Shown here piece after piece: positions 16,613-24,347 of a stretch of DNA of 35,191 nt. Source of the DNA: an uncultured Actinomycetes bacterium. Its GTDB lineage: Bacteria; Actinomycetota; Thermoleophilia; Gaiellales; F1-60-MAGs149. The stretch covers positions 1 through 35,191 of the forward strand of contig CAIQOY010000224.1 in assembly GCA_903873565.1 (NCBI GenBank), read 5' to 3'. The position numbers and the translations under genes were made by a program. Each line of letters begins with the position of its first letter. Positions within the stretch are counted from its first letter, which is position 1. The notes beneath the pieces were generated by a model that was not told the origin of the DNA, ran no database searches, and saw nothing but the letters and a program-made list of their open reading frames with translations.

Positions 16613-17563
16613 CTAGCCGACGCGACCGCCGCGCACCGGGCGCTCGCGGACCTCGTCGGGGAAGGCCGCACGCTCGCCGAGCGTCTGGCGCGCGAAGTCG
16701 AGGAACGTGGCGACCAGCCGGCCGGGCGGGCGGGCCGCGCTGCGCACCGCGTAGAAGAGGCGGTTCGGCTCCAGGCCCTTCACCGACGCGGTGGCCAGCC
16801 GGCCCTCCGCGACCTCGTGCTCGACGGCGAGGCGGGACAGGAAGGTCAGGCCGAGCCCGGCCTCGACGGCCGACTTGGCGGACTCCTGGAGGCCCAGCTC
16901 GGCCACCACGTTGAGGTCGCGGGCGCGCACGCCGAGGCCGCGCAGCTCGCGCTCCACGACCGTGCGCACGCCGGCCCCCTCCTGCTGCACCACGAGCGGG
17001 GCGGCGACGAGCTCGTCGACCGTCAGCTGCCGGCCGGCCAGCGCGTGCCCCGCGGGCACGGCGAGGACGACCTCGTCGCGCAGGAAGGGCTCGAACACGA
17101 GCGAGCGGTGGGCGCGCTCCGCGCCGACGATGCCCACCTCGAGCTGCCGGTCGAGGACGCGGTCGACGATCGTCTCCGTGTCGTCGACGCGCAGCGAGAC
17201 CGTCACGTCGGGGTTCTCGCGGTGGAAGGCGCCCAGAAGCGACGGCAGGATGCGCTCGCCCGGCCCGGTCGAGGCGCCGACCACGAGGTGGCCGGCGAGC
17301 ACGTCGCCCTCGTCCTCGAGGCTGCGCATCAGGTCGCGCTCGGCGCCGAGGATGCGCTGCGCGTGGCGGTAGGCGACCTGGCCCGCCTCCGTCGGCTCCA
17401 CGACGCGCCCGGAGCGGTCGATCAGCTGGCAGCCCAGGCGCTTCTCGAGCGACCGGATGGCGAGCGACACGGCGGGCTGGGTGACGCCGAGCTGCTCGGC
17501 CGCCTGCGAGAAGCTCGAGCGGTCGACCACGGCCACGAGCGCCGCGAGCTGCTTGGTGTCCAC
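16613..17563 (-). CDS. LysR-family transcriptional regulator
   Basis: N-terminal wHTH FSQAAEQLGVTQPAVSLAIRSLEKRLG followed by a periplasmic-binding-fold effector domain. The GTG start directly abuts the upstream TAG stop. Confidence 0.85.
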   Translation of the reverse strand: MDTKQLAALVAVVDRSSFSQAAEQLGVTQPAVSLAIRSLEKRLGCQLIDRSGRVVEPTEAGQVAYRHAQRILGAERDLMRSLEDEGDVLAGHLVVGASTGPGERILPSLLGAFHRENPDVTVSLRVDDTETIVDRVLDRQLEVGIVGAERAHRSLVFEPFLRDEVVLAVPAGHALAGRQLTVDELVAAPLVVQQEGAGVRTVVERELRGLGVRARDLNVVAELGLQESAKSAVEAGLGLTFLSRLAVEHEVAEGRLATASVKGLEPNRLFYAVRSAARPPGRLVATFLDFARQTLGERAAFPDEVRERPVRGGRVG

Positions 17564-19432
17564 CTAGTCCCCCACCCGCTGGGGGGCGTGGCCCTCGCGG
17601 ACGGGCTCCTGGGCCGCGTCGAAGTAGAGCCGCAGCGCCGCGTCGTCGTCGCCGCGCAGGAGCGCGGACTCGATCTCGTCGAGGCGCCGGCCGAGCCAGG
17701 CGGCGTCGATGCGGCCGCGGCGCGCCCGCATCAGCTTCTCGTGGTGGGTGCGCTCGACCGACTCGTCGTCGGAGAAGAGCCGCTCGTGCAGCACCTCGCC
17801 GGGGCGGCGGCCGATCACGGTGATCTCGACGTCCTTGCCCGGCTCCTGGCCCATCAGGCGCACCATGTCGTGCGCGAGGTCCCAGATGCGGACCGGGTCG
17901 CCCATGTCGAGGACGAAGATGTCGCCCGAGCGGCCGACGCCGCCGGCCTGCACGATCAGCTGCACCGCCTCGGGGATCGTCATGAAGAAGCGCGTCATCT
18001 CGGGGTCCGTGACCGTCACCGGCCCGCCCTCGAGGATCTGCCGCCGGAACGTCGGGATCACCGAGCCGGAGCTGCCGAGCACGTTGCCGAAGCGCACGGC
18101 GATGAAGCGCGTGCCCGGCTGCTCCTGCGCCTCCGCCTCGACGACGTACTCGCAGAGCGCCTTCGAGGCGCCCATCGCCGTCTCCGAGATCACGGCCTTG
18201 TCGGTCGAGACGAGCACGAACCGCTCGACGCCCTGGGCCGCGGCGATCTCCGCGAGCGAGCGGGTGGCCAGCACGTTGTTGCGCAGCGCGCTGAACGGGT
18301 TGGCCTCCATCAGCGGCACGTGCTTGTAGGCCGCCGCGTGGAACAGCACGTCGGGCGCGGCGTCGGCGAGGATGCGGCGCATGCGGTCGGCGTCCTTGAC
18401 GTCGGCCACGCACGACACGAACTCGACGTCGGCGTTCTCGCGCAGCCACTGGTCGATCTGGAAGAGGTTGTCCTCCGCGTGGTCGATCAGGGTCAGGCGC
18501 GACGGGGCGAGGCGCGAGATCTGGCGCACGAGCTCCGAGCCGATCGAGCCGCCCGCCCCGGTCACCACCACCGACTGGCCGGCGAGGTAGCCGCCCATCG
18601 AGACGAGGTCGAGGCTGACGGGCTGGCGGCCGAGGATGTCCTCCACCTCGACCTCGCGCAGGCGGCGCAGCAGGTTCGGGTCGCCGTCGAGCAGCTCGTA
18701 GAGGCCGGGCAGCGTCTTGACCGGCACGCCCGCGCGCCGGCAGGCGTCGACGACGCGCTGGCGCACGACGCCGTCGGCGTTCGGCATCGCGATCACGACC
18801 TCGTCCGGCGGCGACGCCTTGAGGATCGCGGCCAGGTCGCCGGTGGTGCCCTCGACCTTGACGCCGTGCAGGCGCATGCCCTGCTTGCGCGGGTCGTCGT
18901 CGACGAGCCGGATCGGCGTCATCCGCAGCGCGGCGTTGCCGAGCATCTCGCGCACGATCACGGAGCCGGCGTCGCCCGCCCCGACCACCAGCACCTCGCG
19001 ACCGCGCGGGAACAGGGTCCCGCGGCCCTCGAGGATGGTGCGCGCGCCGGCGCGCACCCCGACGGTGCCGAGCAGGAGCAGCAGGAAGTAGATGACGAGG
19101 ACGCCGCGCGGCGGGGTCGCGGCCACCGGCGGGAAGAGGTTCGCGTAGAGCGCGACGACGACGACCGCGATCAGCGTGGCGCGCCCGAGCAGGCGCACGT
19201 CGCGCAGCGACACGTAGCGCCACCAGCGCGTGTAGAGGCCGTTGACCACGAAGACGAGGACCGTCAGGACGACGACCCACGGCAGGGTCTCGAGGCGCAG
19301 GATCTCCGCCCAGCGCGGGACCGTGTCGAAGCGCAGCTCGAACGCGAGCCACCAGGCGAGCGCCGCGACGGCCGCGTCCGCGGCGACGTGGCCCAGCCGG
19401 TGCCAGGAGGGGAGCCGCATATCAGCGATCAT
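17564..19432 (-). CDS. membrane-anchored NDP-sugar 4,6-dehydratase, CapD/PglF/WbpM-like
   Basis: Four N-terminal TM helices, then two Rossmann motifs (VVGAGDAGS and VVTGAGGSIGSEL). 622 aa. An alternative ATG lies at 19420. Confidence 0.85.
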   Translation of the reverse strand: MIADMRLPSWHRLGHVAADAAVAALAWWLAFELRFDTVPRWAEILRLETLPWVVVLTVLVFVVNGLYTRWWRYVSLRDVRLLGRATLIAVVVVALYANLFPPVAATPPRGVLVIYFLLLLLGTVGVRAGARTILEGRGTLFPRGREVLVVGAGDAGSVIVREMLGNAALRMTPIRLVDDDPRKQGMRLHGVKVEGTTGDLAAILKASPPDEVVIAMPNADGVVRQRVVDACRRAGVPVKTLPGLYELLDGDPNLLRRLREVEVEDILGRQPVSLDLVSMGGYLAGQSVVVTGAGGSIGSELVRQISRLAPSRLTLIDHAEDNLFQIDQWLRENADVEFVSCVADVKDADRMRRILADAAPDVLFHAAAYKHVPLMEANPFSALRNNVLATRSLAEIAAAQGVERFVLVSTDKAVISETAMGASKALCEYVVEAEAQEQPGTRFIAVRFGNVLGSSGSVIPTFRRQILEGGPVTVTDPEMTRFFMTIPEAVQLIVQAGGVGRSGDIFVLDMGDPVRIWDLAHDMVRLMGQEPGKDVEITVIGRRPGEVLHERLFSDDESVERTHHEKLMRARRGRIDAAWLGRRLDEIESALLRGDDDAALRLYFDAAQEPVREGHAPQRVGD

Positions 19433-19436
19433 TATA
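19431..19436 (-). promoter_or_regulatory. perfect TATAAT hexamer overlapping the first ATG of the CapD-like gene, 10 nt upstream of the second ATG (19420)
   Basis: A consensus -10 box in an otherwise very GC-rich window, inside the only sizeable gap (42 nt) of the glycan operon. Confidence 0.45.
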
Positions 19437-19474
19437 GGTGCTTCCGCCCGTCATGAGGCAGGCGGCACAAGGCC

Positions 19475-20479
19475 TCAGGCGAGGCCGGACAGCGCGAGGT
19501 CGACGAGCAGCGCCGGATCCCGCAGGACGGGCGCGTCCGCGGGACCGCGCGGGGCGATCACGAGCTCGTCGGCGCGCGCGAGCCGGCGCAGCCGCCCCTG
19601 GGCGATCAGCGCCCGGTCGACGGCGCCGATCTCCCCCGCGAACGTCGTCCAGACGGGCGTGCCGAGCACGACCGCCTCGCGGTTCATCGTGCCCCCGGCC
19701 GAGACCACGAGGTCGGCCGTGGCCACCAGGCTGCGGGCGTCGACGGCGCGCTCGGGCACGATCAGCCGCAGGCCGAGCGCCCGGATCCCCGCCCCCTGCT
19801 CCGCCGTGCGCGGCAGGACGACCTGGTCGACCCGCTCGTCGGCGGCGAGGCGCCGCAGCACCTCCTCGAACAGCGGGTTGCCGACGCGGTGGTAGAGGGC
19901 GAGCTCGGGCGGCGGGCGCAGGACGGCGAGAAGGGCGTCGTCGCGCACCCCGAGCGATCCCCGCACGGACGAGTCCGGCGCGAAGCCGAACAGCGCGTAC
20001 TCCTCCTTGAGGCCGGGGTAGCGCACGACCTTCGCGGGCGCCGCCCCGTGCCGGGTGACCGCCTCGAGCGGGATGGCGTCGGGCACGAGGACGCGCGCGG
20101 CGAGGCGGCAGTTGACGCCGTGCTGCAGGCGCGCCCCCTCGTAGTCGAACATCGTCACCGCCGGGAAGCCGAGCGTGCGCGCCACCATCGGCTGGTCGGT
20201 CGAGCCGTGCGCGAGCGCCGCGTCGAAGCCGCGCCCGCGCGCCCAGCGGCGCAGGGCGTGCACGCGGCCGACCGCGGCCCGGCCCTTGCCGGCCCGCGAG
20301 CGGCCGCCGTGCTCCCCGACCTCCTCGACGGCGAGGCCGTGCAGGGCCGCGAGCTCGGCGGTCTGGCCGTAGGGCCGCGCGGTCAGGAGCACCTCCGCCC
20401 CGCGCGCCTCGAGGACGCGCACGAGCGGCGCGAGCACCGGCACGTGCGGCGCGTTGGTGAGGTCGACCCAGACGCGCAT
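19475..20479 (-). CDS. DUF354-family protein (GT-B/2-epimerase-like fold, function unknown)
   Basis: MRVWVDLTNAPHV...AHGS...VSAGGTMNREAVVLGTP matches my recollection of DUF354. It starts 4 nt downstream of the degT stop. Confidence 0.6.
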   Translation of the reverse strand: MRVWVDLTNAPHVPVLAPLVRVLEARGAEVLLTARPYGQTAELAALHGLAVEEVGEHGGRSRAGKGRAAVGRVHALRRWARGRGFDAALAHGSTDQPMVARTLGFPAVTMFDYEGARLQHGVNCRLAARVLVPDAIPLEAVTRHGAAPAKVVRYPGLKEEYALFGFAPDSSVRGSLGVRDDALLAVLRPPPELALYHRVGNPLFEEVLRRLAADERVDQVVLPRTAEQGAGIRALGLRLIVPERAVDARSLVATADLVVSAGGTMNREAVVLGTPVWTTFAGEIGAVDRALIAQGRLRRLARADELVIAPRGPADAPVLRDPALLVDLALSGLA

Positions 20480-20483
20480 CGCC

Positions 20484-21593
20484 CTAGGCGATCGGCGCGA
20501 GCGACGCCTCGAGGGCGCCGACGACGGCGGCCTGCTGGTCGGCGGCCAGCGTCGGGTACATCGGCAGGGCGATGCACTCGCGGGCGGCGCGCTCCGTCTC
20601 GGGGAGGCTGCCCGGCGCGTAGCCGAGGTCCGCGAAGACGGGCTGGAGGTGGTGCGGCGTGTCGTAGTAGACGACGGCGCCGACCTCGGCCGCCTTGAGG
20701 GCGGCCTGCACGGCGTCGCGGTCGCGGCAGCGCGCCATGTAGAGGTGGTAGATGGGCTCCGCGCCCGGGGCGGTCGCCGGCGGCTCGACGAAGCGGTCGA
20801 TCCCGAGCTCGAGGTAGCGGGCGGCGACGGCGCGGCGGGCCTCGTTCCAGCCGGGGAGCTCCGGCAGGAGCACCCGCAGGATCGCGGCCTGCAGCTCGTC
20901 GAGGCGCGAGTTCATGCCCACCTGCGTGAAGGTGCGCTTGTCCTTCGAGCCGTGGAAGCGCAGCTCGCGGATCCGCTCGGCGACGTCGCCGTCGGGGGTG
21001 GTGACGAGCCCGCCGTCCCCGAAGCCGCCGAGGTTCTTCGTCGGGAAGAACGAGAAGGTGGCGATGTCGCCGATCGCGCCGCAGCGCACCCCGTCGAGGC
21101 TCGCGCCGTAGGCCTGGGCCGCGTCCTCGATCAGGAGCAGGCCGTGCGCGTCGGCGATCACGCGCAGCGCGGCCATCGGGGCCGGGTGCCCGAACAGGTG
21201 CACGGCCATGATCGCGCGCGTCCGCGGGGTCACGCAGGCGGCCACGGCGTCGGGGTCGAGCTGGTACGTAGCCGGGTCGATGTCGGCGAAGACCGGCGTC
21301 GCGCCGACGGCGGCGATCGACTCGGGCGTCGCGTAGAAGGTGTACGCCGGGCAGATCACCTCGTCGCCCGCGCCGACGCCGTGGACGCGCAGCGCGAGGA
21401 TCAGGGCGTCGGTGCCGTTGGCGACGCCGACCGCGTGGGCGACGCCGAGATCGGCGGCCGTCTCCTCCTCGAGCGCCCGCACGTTCGGGCCGAGGATGAA
21501 CACGCCGCTCTCGATCACCTCGGCGACGGCGGCCTGGATGCGCGCGTGCAGGGGCCGCCACTGGCCGCTCAGGTCCATCAGGGGCACGCCCAT
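20484..21593 (-). CDS. DegT/DnrJ/EryC1/StrS-family sugar aminotransferase (PglE-like)
   Basis: ANGTDAL...FSFFPTKNLGGFGDGG (PLP lysine)...NSRLDELQAAIL. ATG at 21593, with an alternative ATG at 21578. Confidence 0.9.
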   Translation of the reverse strand: MGVPLMDLSGQWRPLHARIQAAVAEVIESGVFILGPNVRALEEETAADLGVAHAVGVANGTDALILALRVHGVGAGDEVICPAYTFYATPESIAAVGATPVFADIDPATYQLDPDAVAACVTPRTRAIMAVHLFGHPAPMAALRVIADAHGLLLIEDAAQAYGASLDGVRCGAIGDIATFSFFPTKNLGGFGDGGLVTTPDGDVAERIRELRFHGSKDKRTFTQVGMNSRLDELQAAILRVLLPELPGWNEARRAVAARYLELGIDRFVEPPATAPGAEPIYHLYMARCRDRDAVQAALKAAEVGAVVYYDTPHHLQPVFADLGYAPGSLPETERAARECIALPMYPTLAADQQAAVVGALEASLAPIA

Positions 21594-21600
21594 GGGCCAC

Positions 21601-21606
21601 AGGGTA
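21601..21606 (-). promoter_or_regulatory. -10-like hexamer TACCCT, 7 nt upstream of the degT ATG
   Basis: Forms the left arm of the inverted repeat CAGGGTACCGC/GCGCTACCCTG. Confidence 0.45.
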
Positions 21607-21629
21607 CCGCCCGGCTCCCGACGTGGCGC

Positions 21630-21635
21630 TACCCT
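21630..21635 (+). promoter_or_regulatory. -10-like hexamer TACCCT, 6 nt upstream of the rnd GTG
   Basis: Forms the right arm of the same inverted repeat. Confidence 0.45.
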
Positions 21636-21641
21636 GCGCGG

Positions 21642-22829
21642 GTGACGCCGCCGCCCGCCCTGGTCTCGGACCCCGCCGGCGTGGACGCGCTGGTGGCGGC
21701 GGTCCGGGCGGCGGGCACCTGCGCGCTCGACACCGAGTTCCTCTGGGAGAAGACCTACGCGCCGCAGCTGTGCCTCGCCCAGATCGCGGTCGGCGACGAG
21801 ATCTGGCTGGTCGACCCGCTCGCCGGGGCGCCGCTCGAGCCGATCGCGGACCTCGTGCGCGACCCGGCCGTCGAGAAGCTGATGCACGCCCCCTCCGCCG
21901 ACCTGATCGCCTTCGGCCTGCACTTCGGCGCCGTCCCCGCGAACGTCTTCGACACGCAGATCGCCGCGGGCTTCGTCGGCCTGACGGCCGGCGCGGGCCT
22001 CGACCGCCTGCTCGACCAGGTCCTCAAGGTGCGCCTCAGCCACGACGAGACCTTCTCCGACTGGAGCCGGCGCCCCCTCACCGACACGCAGTGCCTGTAC
22101 GCGGCCGACGACGTCCGCCACCTCGCCGCCCTCGTGGCCGAGCTGCGCCGGCGCCTCGCCGAGCGGGGCCGCGGCGAGTGGGCCCAGGCCGAGATCGAGC
22201 GCCGCTTCTGCAGCCCGGAGGCGGCCGGCGCGGACCCCGAGCGCTCGTGGCGCAAGGTGCAGCGCCGCGGCCGGCTCTCGCCCACCGCGCAGGCCGTCCT
22301 CGTCGACGTCGCCGCCTGGCGCGAGCGCACCGCCCGCCGCCGCGACCAGCCGACCGCGTGGGTCATGAAGGACCCCACCCTCGTCGAGATCGCCCGCGCC
22401 GCGCCCCGCACGGCCGACGACCTGCGCCGCATCCGCGGCGTCGGCAAGGGCTTCGCCGGCCGCGAGGCCGACGACCTCCTGGCCGCCGTCGAGGCCGGCC
22501 TCGGGCGCACCCCGCCGCCGGCGGAGCCGTCCGTGCCGCAGCGCGTCGCGCGCCGCGTCGAGGCCGTCGCGACGCTCGCCGTCCCGATGGCCCGCATCCG
22601 CTGCCTCGACCAGGACCTCGCGCCCGAGCTGGTCGCCACGCGCGCCGACCTCGACCGCTTCCTCGAGGCCGTCGTCGTCGGCGAGGGCGTCGAGGACCTG
22701 CCGCTCGGCCAGGGCTGGCGTCGCGAGCTGCTCGGCGACGACCTGATCCGGCTCGCCGCCGGCGAGGTCGCGCTGTCGCTCAACCGGGAGGCCCCGTACC
22801 TCAGGATCGAGGAGCGCCCCGGTGGGTAG
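21642..22829 (+). CDS. rnd: ribonuclease D (DEDD 3'-5' exonuclease plus HRDC)
   Basis: ALDTEF...QIAVGDEIWLVDP...HAPSADL...YAADDVRHL (DEDDy motifs) plus an HRDC-like region. GTG 21642 is chosen because the upstream part of the track ORF is antisense to degT. Confidence 0.85.
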   Translation: MTPPPALVSDPAGVDALVAAVRAAGTCALDTEFLWEKTYAPQLCLAQIAVGDEIWLVDPLAGAPLEPIADLVRDPAVEKLMHAPSADLIAFGLHFGAVPANVFDTQIAAGFVGLTAGAGLDRLLDQVLKVRLSHDETFSDWSRRPLTDTQCLYAADDVRHLAALVAELRRRLAERGRGEWAQAEIERRFCSPEAAGADPERSWRKVQRRGRLSPTAQAVLVDVAAWRERTARRRDQPTAWVMKDPTLVEIARAAPRTADDLRRIRGVGKGFAGREADDLLAAVEAGLGRTPPPAEPSVPQRVARRVEAVATLAVPMARIRCLDQDLAPELVATRADLDRFLEAVVVGEGVEDLPLGQGWRRELLGDDLIRLAAGEVALSLNREAPYLRIEERPGG

Positions 22830-23271
22830 CCAGGCGCAGCGGATCCTCCTCGGGATCGGCGTCGGCCTCTTCACCCTGCTCGTCGTCGCGGTGCCCACGG
22901 ACCTGATCCCGACGCCGCTCTTCCAGCGCATGACCCCCGCCGAGTGGTGGAACTGGCCGGTGGCGATCGCCTCCGCCGTGCTCGTCGCGATCCTCGTCGC
23001 GCTGCCCAAGCCGACGACCTGCCGGCCCGCGACCCGCGCCGGGGTCGTCGGCGGGGCCCTGGCCTACTTCGCCGTCGGCTGCCCGACCTGCAACCACCTC
23101 GTGGTGCTGGCGATCGGGGCCAGCGGCGCGCTCCAGTGGTTCGCGCCGCTGCAGCCGATCCTCGCGCTGGCGGGGATCGTGGTCCTGCTGGCGGCGATCA
23201 TCCACCGCCTGCGCCTGCTGCGCAGGGACGGCGGGCTGCCGACCTACAGCGCGTCGTCGACGACGCGGTAG
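22822..23271 (+). CDS. hypothetical 4-TM membrane protein with intramembrane CPTC motif
   Basis: High GC3, four hydrophobic segments, and GCPTCN within TM3. The GTG overlaps the rnd stop by 8 nt. The 3' end overlaps the convergent mqnC by 28 nt. Confidence 0.5.
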   Translation: MGSQAQRILLGIGVGLFTLLVVAVPTDLIPTPLFQRMTPAEWWNWPVAIASAVLVAILVALPKPTTCRPATRAGVVGGALAYFAVGCPTCNHLVVLAIGASGALQWFAPLQPILALAGIVVLLAAIIHRLRLLRRDGGLPTYSASSTTR

Positions 23272-24347
23272 TACGTGTCGCGCTGCACCGGCCGGTAGCC
23301 GGCGTTGCGGATGATCCGGCAGAAGTCCTCCTTGGAGGCCCGGTACGTCGTGCCGGCGCTCGAGACGACGTTCTCCTCGAGCATCACGGAGCCGAGGTCG
23401 TCGGCGCCGAAGTGCAGCGCGATCTGCCCGATCTTCATGCCCTGGGTCACCCAGGACGACTGGATGTGCGGGATGTTGTCGAAGTAGAGGCGCGAGATCG
23501 CCTGCACGAGCAGGTACTCGTACGAGGTCGGCGTCTCCTCGACCTCCTGCCCGAGCCGGGTGTTGTCCGGCTGGAAGGTCCACGAGATGAAGGCGCGGAA
23601 GCCCGGCACCTCGTCCTGCAGGTCGCGCAGGCGCCGCATGTGCTCGATCCGCTCCGCGAGCGTCTCGACGTGCCCGTACATCATCGTCGCCGACGTCGAC
23701 ATGCCCTGGCGGTGCGCCTGGCGCATGACCTCGAGCCACTCGTCCGACTTGGTCTTCTTCGGGGCGAGGATCTTCCGCACGCGGTCGACGAGGATCTCGC
23801 CGCCGCCGCCCGGCAGCGTGTCGAGGCCCGCGTCGCGCAGCCGCGACAGGGTCGTGGCGATCGGCAGCTTCGAGCGCCGCGAGATGTGCATGATCTCGGG
23901 CGGCGAGAGCGCGTGCAGGTGGAACGTCGGGTAGCGCTCCTTGACCGACGAGAAGAGGTCCTCGTACCACTCGATCCCGAGGTCGGGGTTGTGGCCGCCC
24001 TGCATCAGGGCGCCGGTGCCGCCGATCTCGATCGTCTCGCGGATCTTCGCGAAGATGACCGGCTTGGGCAGCGTGTAGCCCTCGCGCGTGTCGCCCGGCT
24101 GGCGGTAGAACGCGCAGAAGTTGCAGTCGGTCACGCAGATGTTCGAGTAGTTGATGTTGCGGTCGACGATGAACGTGACGACGCCCGGATCGGCCTTGCG
24201 GTTGCGGATCTCGTTGGCGGCGGCGCCGATCGCGACGAGGTCCTTCGAGCGCATCAGGGTCAGCGCGTCGGCGTCGGCGAGCCGCTCGCCGTCGAGGACG
24301 CGGTCCAGAATCTCCTGGACGGTGCGGGTGCCTTCGGCGACGGCCAT
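23244..24347 (-). CDS. mqnC: radical-SAM cyclic dehypoxanthinyl futalosine synthase
   Basis: FIVDRNINYSNICVTDCNFCAFYR (CX3CX2C), LMQGGHNPDL, PGGGGEIL and ISWTFQPDNT. Assignment as MqnC rather than MqnE rests on remembered family motifs. Confidence 0.75.
   Translation of the reverse strand: MAVAEGTRTVQEILDRVLDGERLADADALTLMRSKDLVAIGAAANEIRNRKADPGVVTFIVDRNINYSNICVTDCNFCAFYRQPGDTREGYTLPKPVIFAKIRETIEIGGTGALMQGGHNPDLGIEWYEDLFSSVKERYPTFHLHALSPPEIMHISRRSKLPIATTLSRLRDAGLDTLPGGGGEILVDRVRKILAPKKTKSDEWLEVMRQAHRQGMSTSATMMYGHVETLAERIEHMRRLRDLQDEVPGFRAFISWTFQPDNTRLGQEVEETPTSYEYLLVQAISRLYFDNIPHIQSSWVTQGMKIGQIALHFGADDLGSVMLEENVVSSAGTTYRASKEDFCRIIRNAGYRPVQRDTYYRVVDDAL

Noticed and set aside
16611-19352. Upstream 914 codons of the 1578-aa minus-strand ORF
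   Set aside because: It runs out of frame across the LysR and CapD-like genes, which both have strong family motifs, and its composition is Arg/Pro/Gly-rich. Only the part from ATG 16610 downstream (the GT4-GT2 gene) is credible.
19441-19470. Possible terminator hairpin after the DUF354 gene (CCGCC...GGCGG)
   Set aside because: The stem is only 5 bp with an 11-12 nt loop and no U-tract, so it is not distinguishable from background.
20454-21641. N-terminal extension of the rnd ORF, and the reciprocal 21594-23009 extension of the degT ORF
   Set aside because: Each extension is antisense to the other real gene. The homology-bearing sequence begins at GTG 21642 for rnd and ATG 21593 for degT.
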